64,000 bases of DNA from an uncultured archaeon (lineage in GTDB: Archaea; Thermoproteota; Bathyarchaeia; Bathyarchaeales; Bathycorpusculaceae): positions 96,001 through 160,000 of the forward strand of contig CAWALK010000011.1 in assembly GCA_963782915.1 (NCBI GenBank), given 5' to 3'. The notes under the pieces are model-generated. The model saw only the letters and a list, made by a program, of their open reading frames with translations, was not told the DNA's origin and did no database searches. A program made the position numbers and the translations under genes. This document shows, piece after piece, positions 45,958 to 55,185 of the stretch; position 1 is the first letter of the stretch, and each line of letters begins with the position of its first letter.

Positions 45958-46272
45958 ATGCAAAGGTTTGATTCAGGCATGCAGCGTGAGGTTCATAGCT
46001 TTTTGGCTAGCTGGGCTGCCGACGTCAAAGCTGAAGCCATGCGCCTTGTTCCAGTCCGCACAGGTTATCTTCGAAGCACAATCTATGCGAAGGTTCAGCA
46101 GTGGGTCGTAGAAGTTGGAGCAGATGCTGCTTATGCACTATTGGTTGAGTTGGGTACTAAATACATGCAGGCGCATCCTTACCTATATCCAGCAATCCAA
46201 GAATACCTGCCCCAACTGGAAACAGTAGTTATAGCAGCCATTGAGCAAGCCAAAGCGGAGGCTGGTCTATGA
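45958..46272 (+). CDS. HK97 gp10-like tail completion protein
   Basis: AMRLVPVRTGYLRSTI, YALLVELGTKYMQAHPYLYPA. Confidence 0.85.
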   Translation: MQRFDSGMQREVHSFLASWAADVKAEAMRLVPVRTGYLRSTIYAKVQQWVVEVGADAAYALLVELGTKYMQAHPYLYPAIQEYLPQLETVVIAAIEQAKAEAGL

Positions 46273-46853
46273 GTTTTCGAGAAATAGCTCTGACCATCCG
46301 TGCGGTTAACCGTGCAAGCACCGAATTTAACAGAATCCAAACCGACGCTGAAGCACTTGCAGCACGGGTCAAAAGTTTAGGCTCAACTCTAGCTGGCTTG
46401 GGCGCTACAGGTACCGCTATTGGTTATGTCGCCAACCAGTTTGGAATACTGAACGATGCCGAAATGAAGGTTTTCAACTCAACCATGATGGTTGTCTCAG
46501 TCATGGGTATGTTCCTGCGCACAAGCACAGGTTTAGCCGTGGCTCAAAAGGTTTATTCTGCAGCTTGTTGGGTAGCAACTGCAGCTCAAAATGCATTAAA
46601 CATCAGCTACGGAACCTTCCTCGCACTAACAGGAGTCGGAATCGCCGTCATTGTCGCGGCTACCGCTGCCATGGTGTATTTTGCCAGCAGCATGAACAAT
46701 GCTACGGCTAGCGTGCAGAACTTTAACTCGACAGCAGCTGAGACGCCTGCACATACGCGAGGTATTCAACGGGCGGGCGAATCAGCAGTGACTTCTGGTT
46801 CTCGTAGCGGTAGTTCATCAGATGCTTCTTTCTATCGCAGAGGAGTGGAATAG
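46269..46853 (+). CDS. Short tape measure protein
   Basis: EIALTIRAVNRASTEF N-terminus typical of tape measures; Ala/Gly-rich amphipathic and hydrophobic helices (AAQNALN, LTGVGIAVIVAA); position before hub. Confidence 0.65.
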   Translation: MSFREIALTIRAVNRASTEFNRIQTDAEALAARVKSLGSTLAGLGATGTAIGYVANQFGILNDAEMKVFNSTMMVVSVMGMFLRTSTGLAVAQKVYSAACWVATAAQNALNISYGTFLALTGVGIAVIVAATAAMVYFASSMNNATASVQNFNSTAAETPAHTRGIQRAGESAVTSGSRSGSSSDASFYRRGVE

Positions 46854-48458
46854 ATGAGCGTTAATCCGCCGGCTATATCGATTGCTTTGGGTTCTGTTGC
46901 GGTTCCCCAATCTGACGTTATAGAAGCCACTGTGCATTTGGGTGCCACTAAAGAGGTTAGCAGCTGGGAGCTTCGACTTCAAAACTGGAATAGTAAATAC
47001 AGCCCAAACGGCACCTATCCGCTCAATGTAGGCCAAGACGGCTACATCTGCATAGGCAGAGACACCAGCGTACCTCAACTCATCACTACAAGAACCGAGA
47101 GTATCAAGTTTCAATCAAGACCTGCAGAGCACTATGTTATTGTGGCTGGGCGATGTTGGGGCGAGAAGCTCTTTCGGCAAACAGTCACTAAAGACTATTC
47201 AGGTTCCAAAGGCGAAGACATAGTCAAGGATATCTTGGATTCTTTTTCAGGACTAAGCCATTTACGTGGCAGCACTGAACTGGTTGAGAACACAGATACA
47301 ACTTTCACCGACTTCAAAGTGCAAGATACTCAAGTTTGGGATATATTGCAAAAAATCGCCCAAGAAAGCGACAAAAATGGCGCCATTGGCTATGACTTTC
47401 GTACAGCACCGGAGGGTAAATTCGAGTTTTTCCCAAGAGCAACCAAAACCAGCCCCGTTACCCTCACAGACAAGATAGAATCCTATGAGTACTGGAAAGA
47501 AATAATTGCCCTCAGAAACAAAGTCACAATCTTCGGAGCCCAAGACAAAAGCGCACCCTTAAACAAAGTTGACTGGACACAAAGCCTAACCCCAACCATA
47601 TGTAGTTGGTCAGCAACCGCAGGCGAAATCAGCATTGAAAACTCAATGGGCAGCCCCAACAGCATAAAACTACACGTAGAAAACAACTACTTCGGCGGCG
47701 CCCTCTTCACTTTAAACCCAACCTATTGGGTTAACACCAACATGTTTCCTGAACTGCACTTTGCCATCCAAAAAGAAACCTACTTCGACGGCCACTCCAT
47801 GGTCATCTTGTTCGATACCTCCAACCGCGCAGCTAGCCGCCTCTATAGTTTTCAATCGCCCGGTAACGGTGGTATAGCTAATCAGTGGACAAGTGAAACA
47901 TTCAAAGTTGGCGCTCTGAATGCTTCAGATTGGTCGGTTGAAGCTGGTTTCGATTGGTCACAGGTAAATCGAGTTGGCTTTTACTGCTATCCAAGTCAGG
48001 TGACAGGTTCAGGTAGCTTTTGGATTGATAAATTCTACTTTGGCGGCTTACGCTACAGCAGTATCCAGCAAGATGCGGCTAGCCAGGCATCTTATGGGCT
48101 TAGGGAGTTTATGGATGTTGATGAAGAGCTTTGGAGTGACATCGAATGCTCACTTAGAGCACGAGCCATTCTAGCCAATATGAAGGATCCGTTTGAATAC
48201 ATCGCACTCAAGAGCACCGTTATCGATTACGGGGTTACACCATTTTTTGCAGCTGATATTGTAGCTATTGCTCTTCCAAATGAGAATGTAAGTGGAAATT
48301 TTCGTATTCTAAGCGCCGAATACCACGTCAAAGCCGAAAGTGGGGAACTAGAAGTTTCATTGGAACTTGGACGTGAGAAGTCGCTTTTGGCAGATTATGT
48401 GTACGCTTTGCGGTCCAAGGTGGATCGTGTTAACAGGTACAAGGTTGCGAGGTTATAG
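46854..48458 (+). CDS. Tail hub/baseplate protein with inserted carbohydrate-binding-like domain
   Basis: WDILQKIAQ..GYDF....GKFEFF, NKVTIFG, SQASYGLRE; insertion ending FDWSQVNRVGF...GSFWIDKFYF. Confidence 0.65.
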   Translation: MSVNPPAISIALGSVAVPQSDVIEATVHLGATKEVSSWELRLQNWNSKYSPNGTYPLNVGQDGYICIGRDTSVPQLITTRTESIKFQSRPAEHYVIVAGRCWGEKLFRQTVTKDYSGSKGEDIVKDILDSFSGLSHLRGSTELVENTDTTFTDFKVQDTQVWDILQKIAQESDKNGAIGYDFRTAPEGKFEFFPRATKTSPVTLTDKIESYEYWKEIIALRNKVTIFGAQDKSAPLNKVDWTQSLTPTICSWSATAGEISIENSMGSPNSIKLHVENNYFGGALFTLNPTYWVNTNMFPELHFAIQKETYFDGHSMVILFDTSNRAASRLYSFQSPGNGGIANQWTSETFKVGALNASDWSVEAGFDWSQVNRVGFYCYPSQVTGSGSFWIDKFYFGGLRYSSIQQDAASQASYGLREFMDVDEELWSDIECSLRARAILANMKDPFEYIALKSTVIDYGVTPFFAADIVAIALPNENVSGNFRILSAEYHVKAESGELEVSLELGREKSLLADYVYALRSKVDRVNRYKVARL

Positions 48459-48462
48459 AACG

Positions 48463-48876
48463 ATGAGTAAACAAATCCTAAAACTATTAGAAAACATAAA
48501 ACCCGGCGATCTAATCGCCATCGACTGGTGCGACGCTTCAGTAGGCAAAAGCAGCGGCTCAGGCATGACCATAGATGTCCCAGTGAAAAGTTGGGGCATA
48601 TTCGTCGGTTTAATCGGCGATAGGGTTAAGCATATTGTGATTGCTCAGAACAGTTTCCGCTATGCCGACGGCATGTTCGATTTAGACTACACCGCCATCC
48701 CTATCGGTTGGGCGTTGGGCGTTACAGTTTTAGTCAAAGAGCATATTCCCACCGAATCAGCTAGCAGACTTGTTAACAGTTTCATGATGGGCGGACATCG
48801 TTCAATGAATCGCTCCAGAACTTTTCGGAGAGCACTTGCACAGCGGAGGTTGAGCATAGATGGCAGACACTATTAA
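48463..48876 (+). CDS. Small virus-type hypothetical protein (possible Sm-like fold)
   Basis: LIAIDWCDAS...SWGIFVG...HIVIAQ...TAIPIGW pattern. Confidence 0.6.
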   Translation: MSKQILKLLENIKPGDLIAIDWCDASVGKSSGSGMTIDVPVKSWGIFVGLIGDRVKHIVIAQNSFRYADGMFDLDYTAIPIGWALGVTVLVKEHIPTESASRLVNSFMMGGHRSMNRSRTFRRALAQRRLSIDGRHY

Positions 48877-49102
48877 GCGCGCTTTGACTAGAAGGCGCTT
48901 TGAGAGGGGCCGTCTCATCGTTGAGGAACCCACTGCTAAGCTTGTGTTGGGTGTAAAATTTGCCATCGGCATGACTGCGTTCATGTCAGCCCTTGAGTTG
49001 GCGCACTTAATCATTTTACATTCGTGGAATGCTGAAATCTTCGCTTCTATCACCGGACTGAGCGGTACAGTCATTGGGTTGTTTGTGGGGCAAAAAACAT
49101 GA
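48860..49102 (+). CDS. Two-TM holin-like membrane protein
   Basis: 80 aa, basic N-terminus, two hydrophobic helices, end of tail operon. Confidence 0.5.
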   Translation: MADTIKRALTRRRFERGRLIVEEPTAKLVLGVKFAIGMTAFMSALELAHLIILHSWNAEIFASITGLSGTVIGLFVGQKT

Positions 49103-49176
49103 TGAAAAGTAATCCATGGCGGGTAGAGGATGAGAAGATGGAGCCTGAATTAGGTCTAAGAGTTATTCCAAGGTGA
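49099..49176 (+). pseudogene. terS::terL deletion-scar mini-ORF
   Basis: MMKSNPWRVEDEK|MEPELGLRVIPR* matches the putative TerS start (MTKGKQWTPQQET) and the TerL end (MEPEPFLAVIPRA*). Confidence 0.65.
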
Positions 49177-50673
49177 CAAAAATGACCAGAAGACGAAATG
49201 AACCCTTCCGCATAACCCAGTTCCGAAGAATCTACAACAGAGAAGAAGGAAAATTTACCTTCAACATAAGCTATGAAACCCACACCAAAATAACGCCTAG
49301 GAGCCTTGTTGTGGCTGAAGCGTTTGGGTTAGGCATCGATGAAGCCCAGCGGTTCAAGGTTTTGGATGCTGAACTAAAGATTGGACCCAAAGACATAACG
49401 TATATCACAGGGGATTCGGGAAGCGGAAAATCCGTTTTGCTGCGGGCAATCAGGGCAGATTTAGGCGATGAAGCCATTGATTTGACAGAGGTTGCAGTGG
49501 ACCCGGACAAGCCTTTAATTGAAACTGTCGGCGCCACCGTCGAGCAAGCCTTAGAACTCCTGAGTAAGGTAGGCTTAAACGATGCTTTCCTGTTTTTACG
49601 CTCTTACAGCCAACTCAGCGACGGACAAAAATACCGCTACAGAATCGCCAAAATGATTGAAAGTAAAGCCAAATTTTTTCTGTGCGATGAATTTTGTGCT
49701 TGCCTTGATCGAGACACTGCCAAAATAATCGCCTACAATCTGCAGAAAATCGCACGGCAGCAGGGCAAAGCAGTCATAGCTGCCACAACCCACAGCGACT
49801 TACAAGAAGACCTTAAACCCAGCGTACTTGTGCGTAAGCGGTTTGGCGAAGAAATCCACATCGACTACTACCCAAACACCCCAGCAGCCGAATGCAGCTT
49901 AACCAAAGAAATGAAAATAGAGCCGGGAACAAAGGAAGACTGGAAAAAACTAAGCCCTTTCCACTATAGAGGCCATGGCATTTCGGTCCCTCGAAAAATA
50001 TTCAAAATGACAAGGGGTGATGAGCTCTGCGGCGTCATCGTCTATACTTACCCGCCTCCAGCATGCTACGGACGACGACTTGTGCTACCAAGAATGACAA
50101 TGCAAGAAATCAACCAAAAACTAAGCACAATAAACCGCATAGTAATTCACCCCAAATACAGAACTATAGGTCTCGGAGAGAAAATAATCCGTGAAACGCT
50201 TCCGCAAGTCGGCACACCAAACGTTGAGTTGATGGCTGTAATGGCAAAATATTCACCTTTTGCCGAGAAAGCAGGGATGCAAAGAGTGGTTGAACAGCAG
50301 TCAGTTGAAAGTGTTAAAACTTTAACGCAGACACTTCTAGCGGCTGGGATTCAATTTGCAGCTTCTTGGCAGTCAGCACTATGTAGAATCAAAACTCCAA
50401 AACCTAACTGAGGAACAAATAATGGAACTCAAGACTGCCTTTATGGCAAACAAGCATCCACGATTCAAAAAAGAGGTAGCCAGCAGACCGACATAACCCA
50501 TATGGAAAAACATCCGATTACCTGACATACGTGCAAAACGGCTGACAACTCGAGAATTGGCAGGTTGATTAAGATTCTTGCAATGCTATCCCAAACAAAA
50601 GTTTACCTGTTTTGGAAAAATGATAACGGATACGAACTGTCAAGAGACGTGAGTAAGGACTAAAAATTAATTG
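49173..50673 (+). CDS. ABC-ATPase / GNAT acetyltransferase fusion (frameshifts in the 3' part)
   Basis: GDSGSGKS, LSDGQ, FLCDEF, TTH; GNAT motif A INRIVIHPKYRTIGLG. Confidence 0.85.
50222..50615 (+). repeat. ~390 bp direct repeat, copy 1 (3' end of the ABC-GNAT gene)
   Basis: Aligns with 52495-52885 with scattered substitutions. Confidence 0.92.
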
Positions 50674-50674
50674 A

Positions 50675-51970
50675 TCACTCTGAGGATTTAAGTAGCCATT
50701 TCCAGAGTGGAAGGAATACAACTGCTTTGTTATTTACTACTGTAGATGCTTCGTAATCCCACGTGATAACGAGCATATTATCACAATTCAATTCTATGGC
50801 AGCAACATTGAAGGATTCAAGCTCTCTTTGGTCTATTTCGTTTTTTGCTGAGGCGTAGGTTACTTGTATAAGCTGTTGGATTGACTCTGCAGTTTTAACG
50901 ATAAAGTCGATTTCTTTTCCGGTGTGATCTTTCCAGTAATAGAGTTCGTATTCTGGATAGAAGTATAGTTTTCTTCTTAATAGCTCTATGAACACTATGT
51001 TTTCCATTAATCTGCCGGGGTCTTTGCTTAGTTTAAACGCTACATTGTTGGCTAAGCCGGTGTCGATGCAGTAAACCTTCTTTGGGGCTTTGAATTGCTC
51101 TTTGAGTTTATAGGAAAATCTTTCTAGCAGAAATATGAGGTAGGCGTCTGAGATGTATGCGGTGTATTTAGCTATTGTATGTGGATCTTTTATTTCTAGG
51201 GTTGTTTTTAGTTTGTTGAAGGTGATTTCTTTTGCGCTGTTTGAGATTAAGTATTTTGCGAGTTCTCTTAGGTTTTGGGTTTTTCTTATTTTGTGGTGCC
51301 CTATAATGTCGTTTTCTATTATGTCCCTATAAATCTCGTTTAGCATTATGCTGCCGAACTTGCCAACTTCTGGGAAGCCTCCTTTCTCAATGAACTCTAA
51401 AAGGGTTTTTTTTACCATGACAACGCTACTTGTGGAGTAAGCCCAGTTTTCGGTTAAGGTTATGTTTTTTGTTCGTAGATATTCTTTGAAGCTGAATGGT
51501 AGAAGCGTTACATCAATGTGTCTGCCTGTTAGGAAAGTAGCGAGGTTTCCCCTCAGGAGGTCTGAGTTACTGCCAGTTATTACTATTTTTTTTGTTGTTC
51601 TAAGTCTGCTAACGAATCTTTCCCAATCGGGGACTTTCTGTATCTCATCAAATACAAAGTATGTTACGTCGTTGCCGTACAATTCGTAAAATGCTTGTAT
51701 AACTTGGTTTAATTCTTCGGCTTTTAAGTCAATTAGTCTTTCATCGAAGAAGTTTATGTAGCCGAATTTTTCTTTGCTGAGTAGTAGCCAGGAAAATATA
51801 GATTTGCCGCATCGTCTAATGCCCAAGATAGCTAACACGTTGGGTTTTGATAGATAATTTTTAACCTGTGTAGTATCTATGTCTCTGTTTATGATTGGTT
51901 CTCTTTCAAAAAGACCTTCTACGTCTTCTTTTTGGGATGTGATTATAGCTTTAAGCTCTTCAATATTCAT
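50675..51970 (-). CDS. AAA+ ATPase with DUF4143 (COG1373 type)
   Basis: GIRRCGKS, FDEIQ, ITGSNS, LTGRH, KKVYCIDTGL, LMENIVF, EIDF. Confidence 0.92.
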   Translation of the reverse strand: MNIEELKAIITSQKEDVEGLFEREPIINRDIDTTQVKNYLSKPNVLAILGIRRCGKSIFSWLLLSKEKFGYINFFDERLIDLKAEELNQVIQAFYELYGNDVTYFVFDEIQKVPDWERFVSRLRTTKKIVITGSNSDLLRGNLATFLTGRHIDVTLLPFSFKEYLRTKNITLTENWAYSTSSVVMVKKTLLEFIEKGGFPEVGKFGSIMLNEIYRDIIENDIIGHHKIRKTQNLRELAKYLISNSAKEITFNKLKTTLEIKDPHTIAKYTAYISDAYLIFLLERFSYKLKEQFKAPKKVYCIDTGLANNVAFKLSKDPGRLMENIVFIELLRRKLYFYPEYELYYWKDHTGKEIDFIVKTAESIQQLIQVTYASAKNEIDQRELESFNVAAIELNCDNMLVITWDYEASTVVNNKAVVFLPLWKWLLKSSE

Positions 51971-52494
51971 GTACTCTAAACTAATCGCATAGTTTTATAA
52001 AAAGTGTGTTGTTAGAGTGATAGAAACTTTAAAGACTGATGTCCTTATCGATTCAGGGGCAACCACTACTTTCATTCCGTTTGATACTTAAATCACTTCC
52101 AAAACGTTTCTTGAGCACAGAGGTAGTAATTTGGAAAAAACAAAGAAGGAATTCACGGCCTACATGAGAGGGGATATTTTTTCAAGGACCAAAATTTGTA
52201 ATCGAAAAAATGGCACCTTGTATAAAGAGCATGGATGAAATACTAAACAAACCTAAGTAGACTTCTTGCTATAGCCCGCTTCAAAAGGCGTGCTCTTTAA
52301 TAATGAACGAGGGCTATTTTGTTGTTTTAGTTAAGCATTCTGCCCTTTGCAAGAATCGTTAGAGCATGAATTGAACCATATTCTAAACAATTACGATAGC
52401 ACCTAGAAAACGCATTCTCTTTGGCAGGTTTCACTGTAATACCAGCAGATGTTAAATTGAAAGACGCTTATAAAAAACATAAAACTCCAGCGCG

Positions 52495-52894
52495 CGTTGA
52501 ATTGATCGCTGTAATGGCAAAATATTCGCCCTTTGCCGAGAAAGCAGGTATGCAAAGAGTTGTTGAACAGCAGTCAGTTGAAAGCGTTAAAACTTTAACG
52601 CAGACACTCCAGCGGCTCGGATTCAATTTACAGCTTCTTGGCAGTCAGCGCTATGTAGAATCAAAACTCCAAAACCTGACTGAGGAACAAATAAAGGAAC
52701 TCAAGACTGCCTTTATGGCAAACAAGCATCCGCGCTTCAAAAAAGAAGTAGCCAGCAACCGACATACCCCATATGGAAAAACATCCGATTACCTGACATA
52801 TGTGCAAAACGCTGACATCTTGAGAATTGGCAGGTTGATTAAGATTCTTTCGATGTTGTCGCAAACAAAGGTTTACCTGTTTTGGCAGCAATAA
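52495..52894 (+). pseudogene. Duplicated 3' fragment of the ABC-GNAT gene (repeat copy 2)
   Basis: VELIAVMAKYSPFAEKAGMQ...LSQTKVYLFWQQ* with intact frame and no 5' part. Confidence 0.88.
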
Positions 52895-52913
52895 ACCGGT
52901 TCGATTAAACAAT

Positions 52914-53012
52914 AAAGTAAGGATTTTCAAAAGATCGATTTTTTGATTTTCCTTACTTTCCCATATTGATCTGTAAGGATTTTCAAAACTTTTATATTTT
53001 GATATTCCTTAC
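52914..53012 (+). promoter_or_regulatory. Two tandem inverted repeats (AbiEi operators) over the promoter
   Basis: gtaaggattttcaaaa-N-ttttgat(t/a)ttccttac twice (52914-52959, 52973-53012); TATA-like tttatatt at 52991 within IR2. Confidence 0.75.
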
Positions 53013-53861
53013 TTGAGAAGCATGGCGTGGAAAGAAAATATACTAAGTAGCATAAAAGAGGCGTTCCACGATAAAGTTTTCAGTACTAAAGATGTCTTGG
53101 CTTTATGTAATAATTACTCAAATGGATCTTTGTACCGGGTTTTGCATGATTTGGTAGAAAGTGAGAAGTTAGAGCGATTAGGTAGGGGTACATATAAAGT
53201 AAAGACCAATCGAATTGCAAGCAAAGAATTCGGAGATAGATTAACAATTTCTGACCACTTGACCGTTAAACTCATTCCAGGGTCACCAACAATAGCGAAA
53301 AAGATCCTAGAAGAAAAAGGAATTGAGTTTATGATAACTGGAATGCCCGTATTTTTTAGTCATATCCATTATTTACCAAGACGTTTGATCATTCTTATTT
53401 ACGTCATAAAAGGATCTGGAGAAAATGCGGTTTTTGCGCTTCGAGAAGCAGGTTGGAAAGCACTATTAGACCCAACTTTTAGTGAGATTAATGTAATTTT
53501 AGAAACCACAACTGATAGGGATCTTTTCGTTATCCGGGAATTCTCTGAGTTAATCGGTAATTGTAACGGCTTTGCGAATGTTGAACGAGCTTTAGTTGAT
53601 TTGTACTTTGAAACAACAAGAGGTAAAATCCCTTCCTCTAAAGAAGAACTTGCTAGAATTTTATTTGATGTTTTCAGAGATGAACCTATAAGTTATAGTA
53701 GGCTAAAGGAATTTGCTTACAGACGTGGAATCGGATCTGAAATCAAAGCGGTAATCAACTTTTTGGACCCTCATGTTGATGGCAGTCATGGACCCTTGCA
53801 CGTACCAGAAAGCAGAGGCATAGAGTTTCTAAACCTTCTAAAAAAGCTAAGTTGGAGATAA
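53013..53861 (+). CDS. Type IV TA antitoxin AbiEi-like (ATG at 53022)
   Basis: N-terminal wHTH LHDLVESEKLERLGRGTY; ANVERALVD. Confidence 0.82.
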   Translation: MRSMAWKENILSSIKEAFHDKVFSTKDVLALCNNYSNGSLYRVLHDLVESEKLERLGRGTYKVKTNRIASKEFGDRLTISDHLTVKLIPGSPTIAKKILEEKGIEFMITGMPVFFSHIHYLPRRLIILIYVIKGSGENAVFALREAGWKALLDPTFSEINVILETTTDRDLFVIREFSELIGNCNGFANVERALVDLYFETTRGKIPSSKEELARILFDVFRDEPISYSRLKEFAYRRGIGSEIKAVINFLDPHVDGSHGPLHVPESRGIEFLNLLKKLSWR

Positions 53862-53862
53862 T

Positions 53863-55008
53863 ATGATTCATAACAAAAAATTCTTTCAAAAAATAGAGAT
53901 TCTTCGAAGAGCAGCAGAATATGAATTTCCAAATCCGATTGCGATTGAATACTTTGCGTGGGACTGCGAACTTACTGCAAGACTCCAAAGTATCTCAGAT
54001 GATCTTATATTAAAAGGCGGAGCCGCGACTCAATTACACCTTCCTTTGCAGAAACAAAGAGGCAGCAAGGATGTGGATATATCAACTTCATTGGAACTAT
54101 CAGACATACAAGCTATTTTAGACAAGTGTGAAGCGAAGTTTAATGATGGCGTTAAGTTTGTACTCTATACACCTAAGAATCCAACCCCCAATATGCCTCT
54201 AAAAACATATTTTGCTCATGTGCCTTCTGAAGTAGACACTAATAGAAATGAGCTTGAAGTGAAAATCGATTTTCTATGCAAATGCCCTGCGCTCAAAAGT
54301 GAAATATTGAACAAAATTCAAACTTATGCAATAGAGACTCAGGCAATAAAATGCTCTACAGCTGGAACCCTTACGGGCGACAAGCTACTTTCTCTAGCGA
54401 AGGGTAGTATTGGATTAGATATTGAGGAGAATTACCCAAAGCAAATCTATGATGTAGATGCTCTAATACACACATGTGAAGTTACAGAACATTTTATTGA
54501 TGATTTTATAAAAGCGATAGCTTGCTTAGTTGATACGGAAGCTAACTACAGGCGAATTAAGGTAGAAACCCAAAACGTTCTAAAGGACATCGTAGCTGCG
54601 ATGCAGAACTATTCGTTAGTCGATATGCCTAATGGAGACAAGGAATTGAAGAAGAATATCGATTCTTTCCAACAATTTTACGTTAATGCAAGTCAAAGAA
54701 CGACTAGAGACGAATGGAGTACAAAAGCCCTTAGAATAAAGTTCCTCGCAGAACTTGCCTTCTCGTTGAGCGAAGAAAAGATTAACAAAAAAGATGCAGT
54801 TCAACTTATTGCTCATTGCAAGACAACTGAAGATGCTTTAAACGGAATTACAGGCGCTAGCGTCAAGGATACAAGAAGCAAGATGTTAGCTCTTCATAAG
54901 GAAAGATTAGAGAACTTTAAAGATTTACGAGGGAAGTCTTTACAACGGGTATTCTGGCAAATATTGACTATTGAAAGATTACGACAACTGGAATCTATCG
55001 TAAAATAG
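53863..55008 (+). CDS. Type IV TA toxin AbiEii-like nucleotidyltransferase
   Basis: LILKGGAA, RGSKDVD, VKIDF, GDKL, KQIYDV. Confidence 0.85.
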   Translation: MIHNKKFFQKIEILRRAAEYEFPNPIAIEYFAWDCELTARLQSISDDLILKGGAATQLHLPLQKQRGSKDVDISTSLELSDIQAILDKCEAKFNDGVKFVLYTPKNPTPNMPLKTYFAHVPSEVDTNRNELEVKIDFLCKCPALKSEILNKIQTYAIETQAIKCSTAGTLTGDKLLSLAKGSIGLDIEENYPKQIYDVDALIHTCEVTEHFIDDFIKAIACLVDTEANYRRIKVETQNVLKDIVAAMQNYSLVDMPNGDKELKKNIDSFQQFYVNASQRTTRDEWSTKALRIKFLAELAFSLSEEKINKKDAVQLIAHCKTTEDALNGITGASVKDTRSKMLALHKERLENFKDLRGKSLQRVFWQILTIERLRQLESIVK

Positions 55009-55185
55009 GAAAAAAATGAATGTGATATCTCCAATTGGTTTGACTTAAAATCCCAGTGGTCAACATATATCCGAAAAAGTACGGCTCCTTTTTTTATTCT
55101 TTTTCCACTCAACGGACCAAAAACTAAAATCAGGATTATACAATATGTTTTAGCGAGGGCTACTTGCCTTTAGGATTGATCGTAT

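Larger units (their letters stand above)
34956..50673. mobile_element. Head-tail (siphovirus-like) morphogenesis cluster: defective provirus or GTA-like element
   Basis: Terminase, protease, capsid, portal, neck, tail, tape measure, hub and holin-like genes; no integrase, att site or replication gene recognised. Confidence 0.85.

Noticed and set aside
52011-52091. Retropepsin-like fragment VLIDSGATTTFIP
   Set aside because: Only ~26 codons with no start; at most a decayed remnant
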